64,000 nt of DNA from NCBI GenBank assembly GCA_051867975.1, contig JBJDZM010000010.1, positions 1,848-65,847 on the forward strand, written 5' to 3'. Below, in pieces: positions 35,781 to 44,720 of the stretch. Within the stretch, counting starts at the first letter, position 1. Every line of letters starts with the position of its first letter. The notes beneath the pieces were generated by a model, which was given only the letters and a program-made list of their open reading frames with translations, had not been told where the DNA came from and did no database searches. Origin of the DNA: Eubacteriales bacterium (lineage in GTDB: Bacteria > Bacillota > Clostridia > Oscillospirales > CAG-272). The translations under genes and the position numbers were made by a program.

Positions 35781-36179
35781 TCATTTATCAAGTTTAACCT
35801 CAACGATTCCTTTTGCGCGCTTGGCTTCTACAACGATCGTATATACACCGCTCTCCGAGATGTTCACAGTGAAATCGTTGAGTTCTTTTCCGTTTCCGCG
35901 GTAGACGGACGTACCGTCCGGTGCCTTGATCTCCATGTAGATAGAGCCCTTGACCGTTTCAAAGTGAATTTTCAGTACGTCACCCTCATTCAGTTCCAGA
36001 GTATGCAGGTCGGTTCCGTTCATGCTGTCGATATCCAAAAGATAACTGTCGGGATTCTTGACTCTGCTGCCGTTAAACCCTTCCTGATTGCAACCGATCA
36101 GCAATATTGCGATTCCGGCAAGAAGAATCAGGGAAATTCCGATAAGAGCCTGTTTTTTTATTTGTTTCATTGTATTCAT
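35781..36179 (-). CDS. small lipoprotein
   Basis: Signal peptide plus lipobox LLIGC. The mature part looks beta-rich. The start overlaps the upstream gene's stop. Confidence 0.6.
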   Translation of the reverse strand: MNTMKQIKKQALIGISLILLAGIAILLIGCNQEGFNGSRVKNPDSYLLDIDSMNGTDLHTLELNEGDVLKIHFETVKGSIYMEIKAPDGTSVYRGNGKELNDFTVNISESGVYTIVVEAKRAKGIVEVKLDK

Positions 36180-37285
36180 TCGCCTCCGCGTTTCAAAAAA
36201 CTGCCCTTTTCACGGAGCAAGAGACCGTAGCTGTGTTCATAGTCTTCGGCAAAGTAGAAATCGGCGCAAAGTCCCTCGGGGCAATACACGATACTCCACA
36301 TGGTCTTTTCGTAATCTCCGACCGACTGCGGATAGTTTTTCTGTGCCACGGATTCAAGTAAATCACGCACATCCAAGTCGTCGGCAGGTCCTGTGTGTGC
36401 GGCAAGGGTATTATACCGAATATGGGACTGCTCCGAGCCGACGCCCTGCTTTTCACAGTCGGCAAGATAGTGATTTGTCACTATCTTCGTTTCCGTGACA
36501 AGCATTTCGCCGCCCACATACTCAACCACCACGCTCTTGCCGGTAGCATCCGCGATAGACAGATGATGCGCAGAGCCGATTGACGAGTTCATATCGTACT
36601 GACTGAGCAGTGCAACCGCCTCGTCAACGGTCGCCGCCTTGTCAAGCAAAAGGCGGATGGCGGTCGTTGTAGTCAGGTCTGCCTTGTCGGTCTTTTGATG
36701 AGTTTCCTCCTTGTCTCCTGCCATCAAATCGGCAACCATAAGCCCTTTTTCGTTCATGCCGTCAAGCGGAACGTAGATTGCCGCCAAGGTCTGCATACGC
36801 TCAATCATCGAGCCGTCGGGCGCATAGTCCTCGCCAAAGCCGAGAAAATCGAGACAGCAGGTGGAAATCGACTCATAGCCGTCATCTGGAACGGTATGTA
36901 CTATTATCGCCCGACATTCCTCCCAATCGTAGTTTCTGCCGAAGAAAATCGTTCCGTTTTTGTCCTTTGTGCAGATAGTCGAGCAACCGAAGTCTCCTGT
37001 CTGCACCTCGCTCTCAACCTTGTAAAAGCCGTGGGACAGGAAGGAGACAAGATAATCCGCCAATGCACTGTCGCTGTCAGCACCGCCCTCGGCGAGAAAT
37101 TCGTCAAAGCCGTAATCTCCCTTGTACTCCATGGAATAGAGCCCGTCCTCCAGCTTTTCTATGCTGTTCGCCGCTTTAATCTGAGTGCCGAACATACTCC
37201 ACGCACCTATGGCTACAATCAACAGAAGCACGGCGATGATGCCGCATACCGATGATATAATAATAATTTTTTTCTTACGTTTCAT
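36176..37285 (-). CDS. membrane-anchored Ntn hydrolase, choloylglycine-hydrolase/penicillin-V-acylase family (C59, linear amide C-N hydrolase)
   Basis: MKRKKKIIIISSVCGIIAVLLLIVAIGAW forms the anchor. ...TGDFGCSTICTKDKNGTIFFGRNYDWE supplies the candidate Cys nucleophile followed by RNYDW. Start set at 37285 after the RBS GGAGGA. Confidence 0.7.
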   Translation of the reverse strand: MKRKKKIIIISSVCGIIAVLLLIVAIGAWSMFGTQIKAANSIEKLEDGLYSMEYKGDYGFDEFLAEGGADSDSALADYLVSFLSHGFYKVESEVQTGDFGCSTICTKDKNGTIFFGRNYDWEECRAIIVHTVPDDGYESISTCCLDFLGFGEDYAPDGSMIERMQTLAAIYVPLDGMNEKGLMVADLMAGDKEETHQKTDKADLTTTTAIRLLLDKAATVDEAVALLSQYDMNSSIGSAHHLSIADATGKSVVVEYVGGEMLVTETKIVTNHYLADCEKQGVGSEQSHIRYNTLAAHTGPADDLDVRDLLESVAQKNYPQSVGDYEKTMWSIVYCPEGLCADFYFAEDYEHSYGLLLREKGSFLKRGGE

Positions 37286-37320
37286 AATCTGTATCCTCCA
37301 TAATTCTGCCGTCCGATATA

Positions 37321-38910
37321 TCAAAGCGTAGCGAATATATCCGCTCCCCTTGTGAAGATCCAGCGAATCAAAACAGCGCAAAGGGCAAGAAGCAACGCAC
37401 ACGCAAGCAAAAGATACACGAACGGGCTTAAAACGCTTGAAAGCAGTGCGTAAAGTCCCGCGAGTGCCATGATGATCACCCAGCCGCCGAACAAAGAGAT
37501 CATAACGCTCAAGCTCTGCTTTATTGGGACTATCTCATTTGTCCAATTGAGATTGGGCATTTTAAGGTTCATAAAAAGTCCGAAGGACGCCATAAGCACA
37601 ATGAACAGTACGACCGCTATCGGGATAAATATCGCAAAGTGCAGCTCGGGCTTTATCAGCCATTCGACCGCTATTATCAGCGGTATTGCGGGGATTACCG
37701 TCAACAGCACGTGCATTTTTATTTTTGCCGCCAATACCTGTCGGCTTAAAATGGGGAAGGACTGAACAAGCCAGATGTTTTTGCCCTCTAAGGAAACCGA
37801 GGGGGATGTCATATCGTTCATCGTCGCTATCATACAGATCGCCGCAACCGCCAAAAGCGGGATATACTTCTGCAAAAACGGCTCATTTATTATTCCGAGA
37901 AGCGTGTCTGCCTGCCAGAAAAGCAGTACGGCGGCTATCGGCATTAATATTATTCCAAGTCCGCAGTTGAGCATATAATTTGCGCTTCCGAGAAATCTGC
38001 GAAGCTCCTTTTTAAGTAACGCTCCGCCAAGTGAGCCTGCCTTTTGCTCCTTATTTTTATACGCCTTCCTTTCAACTCCCCGATTTGCCGTCGCAAGCCT
38101 CAAAAAGCTTCGTGACAGGACAAAATACACAAGCGAAAACAGCGCGCCGATTATCGCCGTGAAAATCAGCATTGAAAGGAGATCTCCCTGTGCCGCCAAG
38201 CCCATTTGATAAAGCGGATAAAGCGCCACCTTGATTTTGTCGCCCACTTCTTCGACGTTTTGCAAAAGCATTTGAAGCATTGAATAGGCTTGACTGTAAA
38301 AATAGTAATATGCCGCGATAAAGGCGAGGGATATGATCACGGTGATTATGTTTTTGTGCTTGAGCTTGCCCGATATCAACGCCACTACCCAGCCGAGAAT
38401 TGCCGACAGCACAAGCACGAACACCGACAAAACGAACGGAACAAGTACCGCGCAGACAGCACCGACAGGTGAAAACGGCGCTTTTATAAACCACACAATC
38501 ACAGTGGGCACCATAACGATAAGCTCATATATAAGACCAACTGCATATACGCCGAACAGTCTCACAGCCAAAATGCGCGAAACGGGTATCGGCATGGAAA
38601 GCAAAAAGTCGTTGTCCTTTGCGCGGTACAAAGACGAATACGTGCTGAAGACACTGCCGAACACACCGAGAAATATGCCGATAAGTCCCATTAAACACCA
38701 ATAGACAAAACCCATTCCCGATGACACCAGCGGCTCGCACAGCATTTCCGCCATGCCGTAAAAAACGAAACCGAGAAAGCCGAAAACAACGAGATATAAG
38801 AGAGCATACATCAAAATACCCTGCGCAGAACGATGCTTGCCCGTCTTTCTGTCCTTATAAAGCCAGGAAAAGACCTCCATAATCTGCTTTTTAAAAAGTG
38901 CTTTTGTCAT
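37321..38910 (-). CDS. polytopic ABC exporter permease (putative ABC-exporter family)
   Basis: 529 aa with about 12 hydrophobic segments. The start overlaps the stop of the ATPase gene. Confidence 0.65.
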   Translation of the reverse strand: MTKALFKKQIMEVFSWLYKDRKTGKHRSAQGILMYALLYLVVFGFLGFVFYGMAEMLCEPLVSSGMGFVYWCLMGLIGIFLGVFGSVFSTYSSLYRAKDNDFLLSMPIPVSRILAVRLFGVYAVGLIYELIVMVPTVIVWFIKAPFSPVGAVCAVLVPFVLSVFVLVLSAILGWVVALISGKLKHKNIITVIISLAFIAAYYYFYSQAYSMLQMLLQNVEEVGDKIKVALYPLYQMGLAAQGDLLSMLIFTAIIGALFSLVYFVLSRSFLRLATANRGVERKAYKNKEQKAGSLGGALLKKELRRFLGSANYMLNCGLGIILMPIAAVLLFWQADTLLGIINEPFLQKYIPLLAVAAICMIATMNDMTSPSVSLEGKNIWLVQSFPILSRQVLAAKIKMHVLLTVIPAIPLIIAVEWLIKPELHFAIFIPIAVVLFIVLMASFGLFMNLKMPNLNWTNEIVPIKQSLSVMISLFGGWVIIMALAGLYALLSSVLSPFVYLLLACALLLALCAVLIRWIFTRGADIFATL

Positions 38911-39617
38911 TCCTTCTCCTCCAGGTCAAGGAAGACCTCTTCAAGCGAGGTGTCGCCCTTGACTTCCTCCATAGTACCCGAACGCATCAGCTTTCCGCCT
39001 TTGATTATGGCAACCTTGTCGCACAGCTTCTCCGCAACCTCCAGCACGTGGGTTGAGAAGAAGATCGCACTGCCTTTTGCGCACATATCCCTCATAATTT
39101 CCTTCAAAAGATGTGTCGCTTTGGGGTCAAGTCCGACGAAAGGCTCATCCATAATGATAAGCCTCGGCTCGTGAATGAGCGCGGAAATTATGGCAAGCTT
39201 TTGCTTCATTCCGTGAGAATAGGCGGATATCGGTGAACCTAAATCGCCCGTAATTTCAAAAGCGGAGGAATATTTATCAATACGTTCTTTTCTCTCGGCG
39301 GCGCCGACGCCGAAAACATCCGCTACGAAATTCAAAAATTGAATACCCGTCATAAATTCGTAAAGGTCGGGGGTGTCGGGGATATAAGCAATTTTACTTT
39401 TGCACTTTATCGGGTCTTGCTTTACGGAAATACCGTCAACCGTAATTTCACCGCTGTCATACTGCAAAATTCCGCAGCATGCCTTCAGCGTTGTGGTTTT
39501 TCCGGCACCGTTGTGACCGATAAATCCGTAAATCTCACCGGGTCTTATGTGTATTGAAAGGTCATCAACGGCTTTTTTGTCGCCGTATATTTTTGTCAGA
39601 TGCTCAATTTTCAGCAT
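38907..39617 (-). CDS. ABC transporter ATP-binding protein
   Basis: GHNGAGKTT, YSHGMKQKL, LIIMDEPFVGLD. Confidence 0.9.
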   Translation of the reverse strand: MLKIEHLTKIYGDKKAVDDLSIHIRPGEIYGFIGHNGAGKTTTLKACCGILQYDSGEITVDGISVKQDPIKCKSKIAYIPDTPDLYEFMTGIQFLNFVADVFGVGAAERKERIDKYSSAFEITGDLGSPISAYSHGMKQKLAIISALIHEPRLIIMDEPFVGLDPKATHLLKEIMRDMCAKGSAIFFSTHVLEVAEKLCDKVAIIKGGKLMRSGTMEEVKGDTSLEEVFLDLEEKE

Positions 39618-39635
39618 GTTGTCTTCCTCCTGTAA

Positions 39636-40289
39636 TTACAATTTGTTCTTTTTCTGCGGTATGGTTGCGAAATCATAGGAATTTGCCAAGGCTTCAGCCA
39701 CAGACAGATCCATACTGCCGTCCCGCAGCTTTTTCGTCAGTACGATCCCGATACACACCTGACTGAGATAACAGCTGACCGTTTCCTTTGAAAAGCTGTT
39801 CTCGTCGGTAAGTACGTATGCCGCAATGCCGTTTGCAAAAATAATCATTTGGCTCAGCAGGTCCTCCGCATCGGGTTTGGATAACTCGAATTGACTCATT
39901 ATCTCCTCCACAAGCGGGATAAAAATGCTTTCAAATTCCTGCTTGAATCTGACATAGGGACTGTGTTCTTCCCTTTTTGTCAGAAACAGCAGCCGAAACA
40001 GATTGGGTTCTTCTGCCGCAAATCTGACGCATCGCATGCCGTATTCCTTGAACGAGGGCGAATAATCGAAAATATCCTTCATATACTCCCTGTATCTTTC
40101 TTTTGCAAGCTTACGCACGTCCTCCTTTAACTCCTCCATACTGCTCCATATTGTAAAAATGGGAGAAGACGAGGTGTTAAGACGTTTGCCGACTTCTCTC
40201 GCAACGACCGCATCGATTCCCTTTTCTCTCGTCAGGTCAAAAGCCGCGTTTACAATTTCCTCTTTAGTGTACTTTGGTTTAGGTGGCAT
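39636..40289 (-). CDS. TetR-family transcriptional regulator
   Basis: MPPKPKYTKEEIVNAAFDLTREKGIDAVVAREVGKRLNTSSSPIF. Start set at the ATG at 40289. Confidence 0.8.
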   Translation of the reverse strand: MPPKPKYTKEEIVNAAFDLTREKGIDAVVAREVGKRLNTSSSPIFTIWSSMEELKEDVRKLAKERYREYMKDIFDYSPSFKEYGMRCVRFAAEEPNLFRLLFLTKREEHSPYVRFKQEFESIFIPLVEEIMSQFELSKPDAEDLLSQMIIFANGIAAYVLTDENSFSKETVSCYLSQVCIGIVLTKKLRDGSMDLSVAEALANSYDFATIPQKKNKL

Positions 40290-40463
40290 AGTGTATCTCC
40301 GTTTCAAGGTGTTTGTTTTATAACAATGATTATGTAACATACGTTATTATACCACTCTTTCTCCGTCTTGTCAACAGTTTCTGTCGATTTTTGCCGTCCC
40401 TGACAACACTGTGTTTGCGAAGATTTTTAACACACAGAAAAATTTTACCCGCAGATCACCGTA

Positions 40464-40492
40464 TTGACTTTTTTGTTATGACATGATATAAT
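40464..40492 (+). promoter_or_regulatory. promoter of the D-lactate dehydrogenase gene
   Basis: TTGACT, 17-nt spacer, TATAAT. Confidence 0.65.
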
Positions 40493-40619
40493 TTGAGACA
40501 TCAACCGCTCCGAGAAGCAAATCCGAAAAGCCTTTTTTGCAAAAATCGGCGAAGGATCTGATAATCGGCAGTTTTGGTTGGTTATAATGGATATAAATCA
40601 TTTATTACAGGGGGAAAGA

Positions 40620-41615
40620 ATGAAGATAGCCTTTTTTGATGCCAAAAGCTACGACAAGCCCTCGTTTGACAAATTCGGTCAGGCGGCGGAAATAAAAATC
40701 AAATATTTTGAGACAAAGCTAAACGAGGACACCGCATTCCTCGCCCACGGATATGACGGAGTCTGCGTTTTCGTCAATGACACGGTAAACGCCGCCGTCA
40801 TCGACATTCTATGCGAAATGGGCGTTAAATTCGTAGCCCTTCGCTGTGCCGGCTTCAACAACGTCGACTTAGGCTACGCCGAAGGCAAGCTGCGAGTCGT
40901 CCGCGTGCCGGCATACTCTCCCTACGCGGTCGCCGAGCATACCATGGCGATGCTCCTGACATCGATCCGCCGTATCCACAAGGCATATATAAGGACCCGA
41001 GATTTCAATTTCAGTCTTTCCGGCATGACCGGATTTGACCTTCACGGCAAGACCGTCGGTGTCATCGGAACCGGAAAAATAGGAAAGGTGTTCATCGACA
41101 TCTGTCTGGGATTTGGCATGAAGGTGCTGGCATACGACAAATACCCCTCAGAGGGACTTGACAACGGCGACACGATGAGATACGTCGGGCTTGACGAGAT
41201 ATTCAGGTGCAGCGACATCATCTCGCTCCACTGCCCCTTGACCGAGGAGACATATCACATAATCGACGAAAGCTCGCTTGAGCTGTGCAAAAAAGGTGTC
41301 GTGATACTCAATACCTCACGCGGAGCGCTGGTCGATGCCGAAGCGCTGCTTGCAGGCATAAAATCAAGGAAGGTCGGTGCGGCGTGCCTTGACGTTTATG
41401 AGGAGGAATCCGACATCTTTTTTGAGGACTTCTCAGGTCACATCATTGAGGACGATGTCCTCGCCAGACTAATTTCAATGCCTAATGTAATAGTCTCGTC
41501 GCATCAGGCGTTTCTCACCGAAGAGGCACTCTCAAACATCGCCGAGACAACAATCAATAATCTACTCTCCCTTGAGAGATATGGCAGCTGTGAAAATGAA
41601 CTTTTCCCTCATTAA
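40620..41615 (+). CDS. ldhA: D-lactate dehydrogenase (D-2-hydroxyacid dehydrogenase)
   Basis: MKIAFFDAKSYDKPSFDKF...VGVIGTGKIGKVF...TSRGALVD...SHQAFLT is the classical LdhA pattern. Confidence 0.85.
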   Translation: MKIAFFDAKSYDKPSFDKFGQAAEIKIKYFETKLNEDTAFLAHGYDGVCVFVNDTVNAAVIDILCEMGVKFVALRCAGFNNVDLGYAEGKLRVVRVPAYSPYAVAEHTMAMLLTSIRRIHKAYIRTRDFNFSLSGMTGFDLHGKTVGVIGTGKIGKVFIDICLGFGMKVLAYDKYPSEGLDNGDTMRYVGLDEIFRCSDIISLHCPLTEETYHIIDESSLELCKKGVVILNTSRGALVDAEALLAGIKSRKVGAACLDVYEEESDIFFEDFSGHIIEDDVLARLISMPNVIVSSHQAFLTEEALSNIAETTINNLLSLERYGSCENELFPH

Positions 41616-41763
41616 CAGCGAAATTTTGATATGAAACAAATGGTAAATCTTAATTTTGCTTAAAAAAATCACACGGGCTTGATTTGTCAACACCCGTGTG
41701 ATATAATTTATGGCGTTATTGTTGTTTTCAATGCAATAGAACATACGGAAAAGGGGGGATATC

Positions 41764-43221
41764 ATGGGTATTTTCGCAAAATGGCGTGAGCAGATTCCGT
41801 TTATCAAATTTCTTGTAAATGCGCAGAAAACCGTTTGGTATCCTGTTCTTTTTGCCGCTCTCTGCATAGTCGGAGGGATTAATAACTACACGGTTTACAT
41901 TCCCGTGATGTGGGTACTCATTGTCTTTCACCTTTTCTCGGTACTCTTTACCGATGACAACAAGGTATTCTTAACTCCTCTTTGCATGATCTATTTTGCC
42001 ATAGGTTGTGATGCTGACGCGGGCGCATTCGGTCAAACGGGCGGAGAGCTGCTTTCCTTCATGAGCGACGACGCACTGAAGCATATCATCGCCATGGGTA
42101 TCGTCGGTGTCGGGGCTTTTGTGATAAGGCTTTTTGTCGACGGATCGATAGCACGGGCGCTGAAAAAGCGCAGAGCCTTTACGTGGGGAATCATCGCCAT
42201 GGACGTGGCATTTATGCTCAACGGCATCGGCTCGCCGACATATAACACGGCAAACATCGGATACGGCGCACTGCTTGCAATGGGCTTTACTGTGGTATAT
42301 TTCTTTGTTTCGGGAATGGTCGATAATTCTGAAGACCCGATAACATACGGTTGCTACGTAATGGTCGGCACGGCATATATCGCCTTGATGCAGACCTTCA
42401 ACTTGGCGTGGAGACTCCACCTTGAGGGAAATCTCATTTTGGGTACGCCCGAAGACCCGCGTTTGAACAGAGGAGCATTTTCTCTCGGCTGGGGCGTTGC
42501 CACAGTTATAGCCGCAGTATTTGTTCTCGGTATTCCGGCGGCTATGTATCTTGCCAAAAACCGCAGGGGCAGTCTGTTTACATATTTGTCTTGTGTTCTC
42601 TTTATTTTCGGAGCATTCCTTATCATTACGCGCAGTGCCATGATAGTCAGTGTCGGTTCATTTGTAATCTGCACCTTGGTCTGTTGCATTCGTGGAAAAA
42701 ACAAAAAAGCTATCAGGGTATATGCAATAATTGTGCTGGCAATGACAATCATTACCTTCGCATATATTCTTAACAACGTAATGACGCTTGAAGAACTCCT
42801 CGCCTTTTTGCGAATAGACGAATACCGTGACTCGGGCAGAGGAGCATTGTGGAAGGACGGGCTTGAGGACTTCAAAAAAGCGCCCTTTTTCGGGGCGGGA
42901 TTCAGTGACGGCGGATATCCCGACGGACAGGAGAAAAATAATTTTTACAGTAACATGTATCATTCTATTCTCGTTCAAATTCCGGGCGCTATGGGAATAG
43001 TGGGATGTATTGCAATTCTGGTGCATTTTTTCGAGCTTGCAAAGACCTTCTTCAAGAAATTCTCGGTGGATAAAATGTTACTTTTGTTCGTTCCGCTCAT
43101 GATCATCGGAATGTCCCTGCTCGACAATTTCTTCTTCTATCTTGAATTTCAAATATTTTACGGAGTCTTTCTCGCACTGGCGGAAAAGCAGTCGGAGCAA
43201 AAAGAATTATCTTGCGAATAA
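41764..43221 (+). CDS. O-antigen ligase/polymerase-like (Wzy_C) membrane protein
   Basis: 485 aa, polytopic. TRSAMIVSV...GRGALWKDGLEDFKKAPFFGAGF is a typical Wzy_C loop. Confidence 0.7.
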   Translation: MGIFAKWREQIPFIKFLVNAQKTVWYPVLFAALCIVGGINNYTVYIPVMWVLIVFHLFSVLFTDDNKVFLTPLCMIYFAIGCDADAGAFGQTGGELLSFMSDDALKHIIAMGIVGVGAFVIRLFVDGSIARALKKRRAFTWGIIAMDVAFMLNGIGSPTYNTANIGYGALLAMGFTVVYFFVSGMVDNSEDPITYGCYVMVGTAYIALMQTFNLAWRLHLEGNLILGTPEDPRLNRGAFSLGWGVATVIAAVFVLGIPAAMYLAKNRRGSLFTYLSCVLFIFGAFLIITRSAMIVSVGSFVICTLVCCIRGKNKKAIRVYAIIVLAMTIITFAYILNNVMTLEELLAFLRIDEYRDSGRGALWKDGLEDFKKAPFFGAGFSDGGYPDGQEKNNFYSNMYHSILVQIPGAMGIVGCIAILVHFFELAKTFFKKFSVDKMLLLFVPLMIIGMSLLDNFFFYLEFQIFYGVFLALAEKQSEQKELSCE

Positions 43222-43274
43222 AGGAGCTGATACGGCTCCTTTTTCTTTTTCCGAAAATTTCAAACAAAAACAGG

Positions 43275-43303
43275 TTGACATCGGTTCTTTTTTATGTTAT
43301 CAT
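43275..43303 (+). promoter_or_regulatory. promoter of the Wzz-like gene
   Basis: TTGACA, 17-nt spacer, TATCAT. Confidence 0.6.
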
Positions 43304-43351
43304 TATGGTTGAACAGATATGTACTTAGTAATTTACGGAAAGGAAAAAAAC

Positions 43352-44569
43352 ATGGATAATCAAACCCGTACAAATACACAAGATGATATAACCCTTGCGG
43401 ATATCATCAGAATGTTCCGAGGAAAATCAATAATTCTGATATGCGTAGTTCTCATTGCCGCAATTATCGGAGGAGCTGCAGGGGTTTTTTCGGCATACTT
43501 CTCATCTTCTTACGGCGCGGACATCAAGTTCTATCTTAATCCCGGAGCAAATACACAAAGTCTTTTAGAGCACCTCAAATCAGATTCTTTTGCCGAGAGA
43601 CTTCTTCTCAACGAATACGGTCTTCCCGAGAAATCGGAGGGCTATAAAGGTTATGCCGAGGCGGAGAGTGCCGTAAAGGAAATGCTTGAAGCGAGAGATA
43701 AAGTTATATTGCTCTATAAAGAGGTCAATGACTTCAATTACTCCGTAAGCACAGATCCCGATGCCAAGGCTTATGAAAAAGTAACGTTTCATGAAATTGA
43801 GAAACGGCACGAGGAGCTTGTTGCGCAATATGAGGCGTACTACGCTTTGCTTGAGGTGTATAAAACCGCATATTCCGATATAGTTGCCGGTCAGGACTCG
43901 CATATTGAGAAAACAAAGGAATACGAGGATGCTGTCGCAAAAGCGTTGAAAGACCTTGATGATTACAGAGCGAACTACTACTACCCCAAAACCGAGCAGC
44001 AGAGAGCTTTATCGGATGAACTCAACAGAGCACGTGCAGATCTGAAAGAAAAAAGGCTCACAGCCGATGAAAAGGTTGAATATGTTTTGGCACAGTGGCG
44101 CACGGACCCCGAGGTTCAGAGCATGGTTTCATTAATTCGGAATTCCGTAACATATAAATATGCCACCGTTGTTGAAGACGACAGTAAAAACAGCATCTCA
44201 AACATTGATAAAATTGAACAGAATACAAACTATTCATTTCTTGAAATTTCTGTTGCCGTAGATGATGACCGGGACACTGCAAATGAAATAATCGACAAGA
44301 TAAAAAATAACGCACCTGATTTCATATCCTTAAATCTTGAAAGATTTACCGGTTACACGGAAGTAAAATGCACACTCATAAGCACAAACGCACAAGCAGA
44401 TAACATCAGTCAGACATCCGGACTTCAAAATGCTGTAATCTATGCGGCTATCGCCGCGGTTGCGGCGGCAGTAATTGCCTGCGCGGCAATAATCATCAAA
44501 GGAATACTTCCGCCGGATACGTTTACGAAGAAAACAAAGAAAAAAGAAGAAGTGTCCAAAGAAGCATAA
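43352..44569 (+). CDS. Wzz-like polysaccharide co-polymerase (chain-length determinant) without a kinase partner
   Basis: N-terminal ITLADIIRMFRGKSIILICVVLIAAIIGG (Wzz motif plus TM1), a long helical Glu/Lys/Ala-rich extracytoplasmic domain, and C-terminal TM AVIYAAIAAVAAAVIACAAIII. Confidence 0.65.
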   Translation: MDNQTRTNTQDDITLADIIRMFRGKSIILICVVLIAAIIGGAAGVFSAYFSSSYGADIKFYLNPGANTQSLLEHLKSDSFAERLLLNEYGLPEKSEGYKGYAEAESAVKEMLEARDKVILLYKEVNDFNYSVSTDPDAKAYEKVTFHEIEKRHEELVAQYEAYYALLEVYKTAYSDIVAGQDSHIEKTKEYEDAVAKALKDLDDYRANYYYPKTEQQRALSDELNRARADLKEKRLTADEKVEYVLAQWRTDPEVQSMVSLIRNSVTYKYATVVEDDSKNSISNIDKIEQNTNYSFLEISVAVDDDRDTANEIIDKIKNNAPDFISLNLERFTGYTEVKCTLISTNAQADNISQTSGLQNAVIYAAIAAVAAAVIACAAIIIKGILPPDTFTKKTKKKEEVSKEA

Positions 44570-44720
44570 GCTCTGCGGATATGTTTTACAGACCGCTCTC
44601 GGACTCTGCTTTTACTGCATCGATTCGGGAGCGGTCTTTGCATAGACATTAAGTCCTCCTTATCTGTCATTCACGTGACAATTTTGGATGAAAAAAACAT
44701 CTGCATTTTCAGGAGAAAAT

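Noticed and set aside
40395-40440. Rex box upstream of ldhA (TGTGTT...AACACA)
   Set aside because: The arms are separated by about 13 nt and do not fit TTGTGAA-N4-TTCACAA. The repeat also lies upstream of the -35 element.
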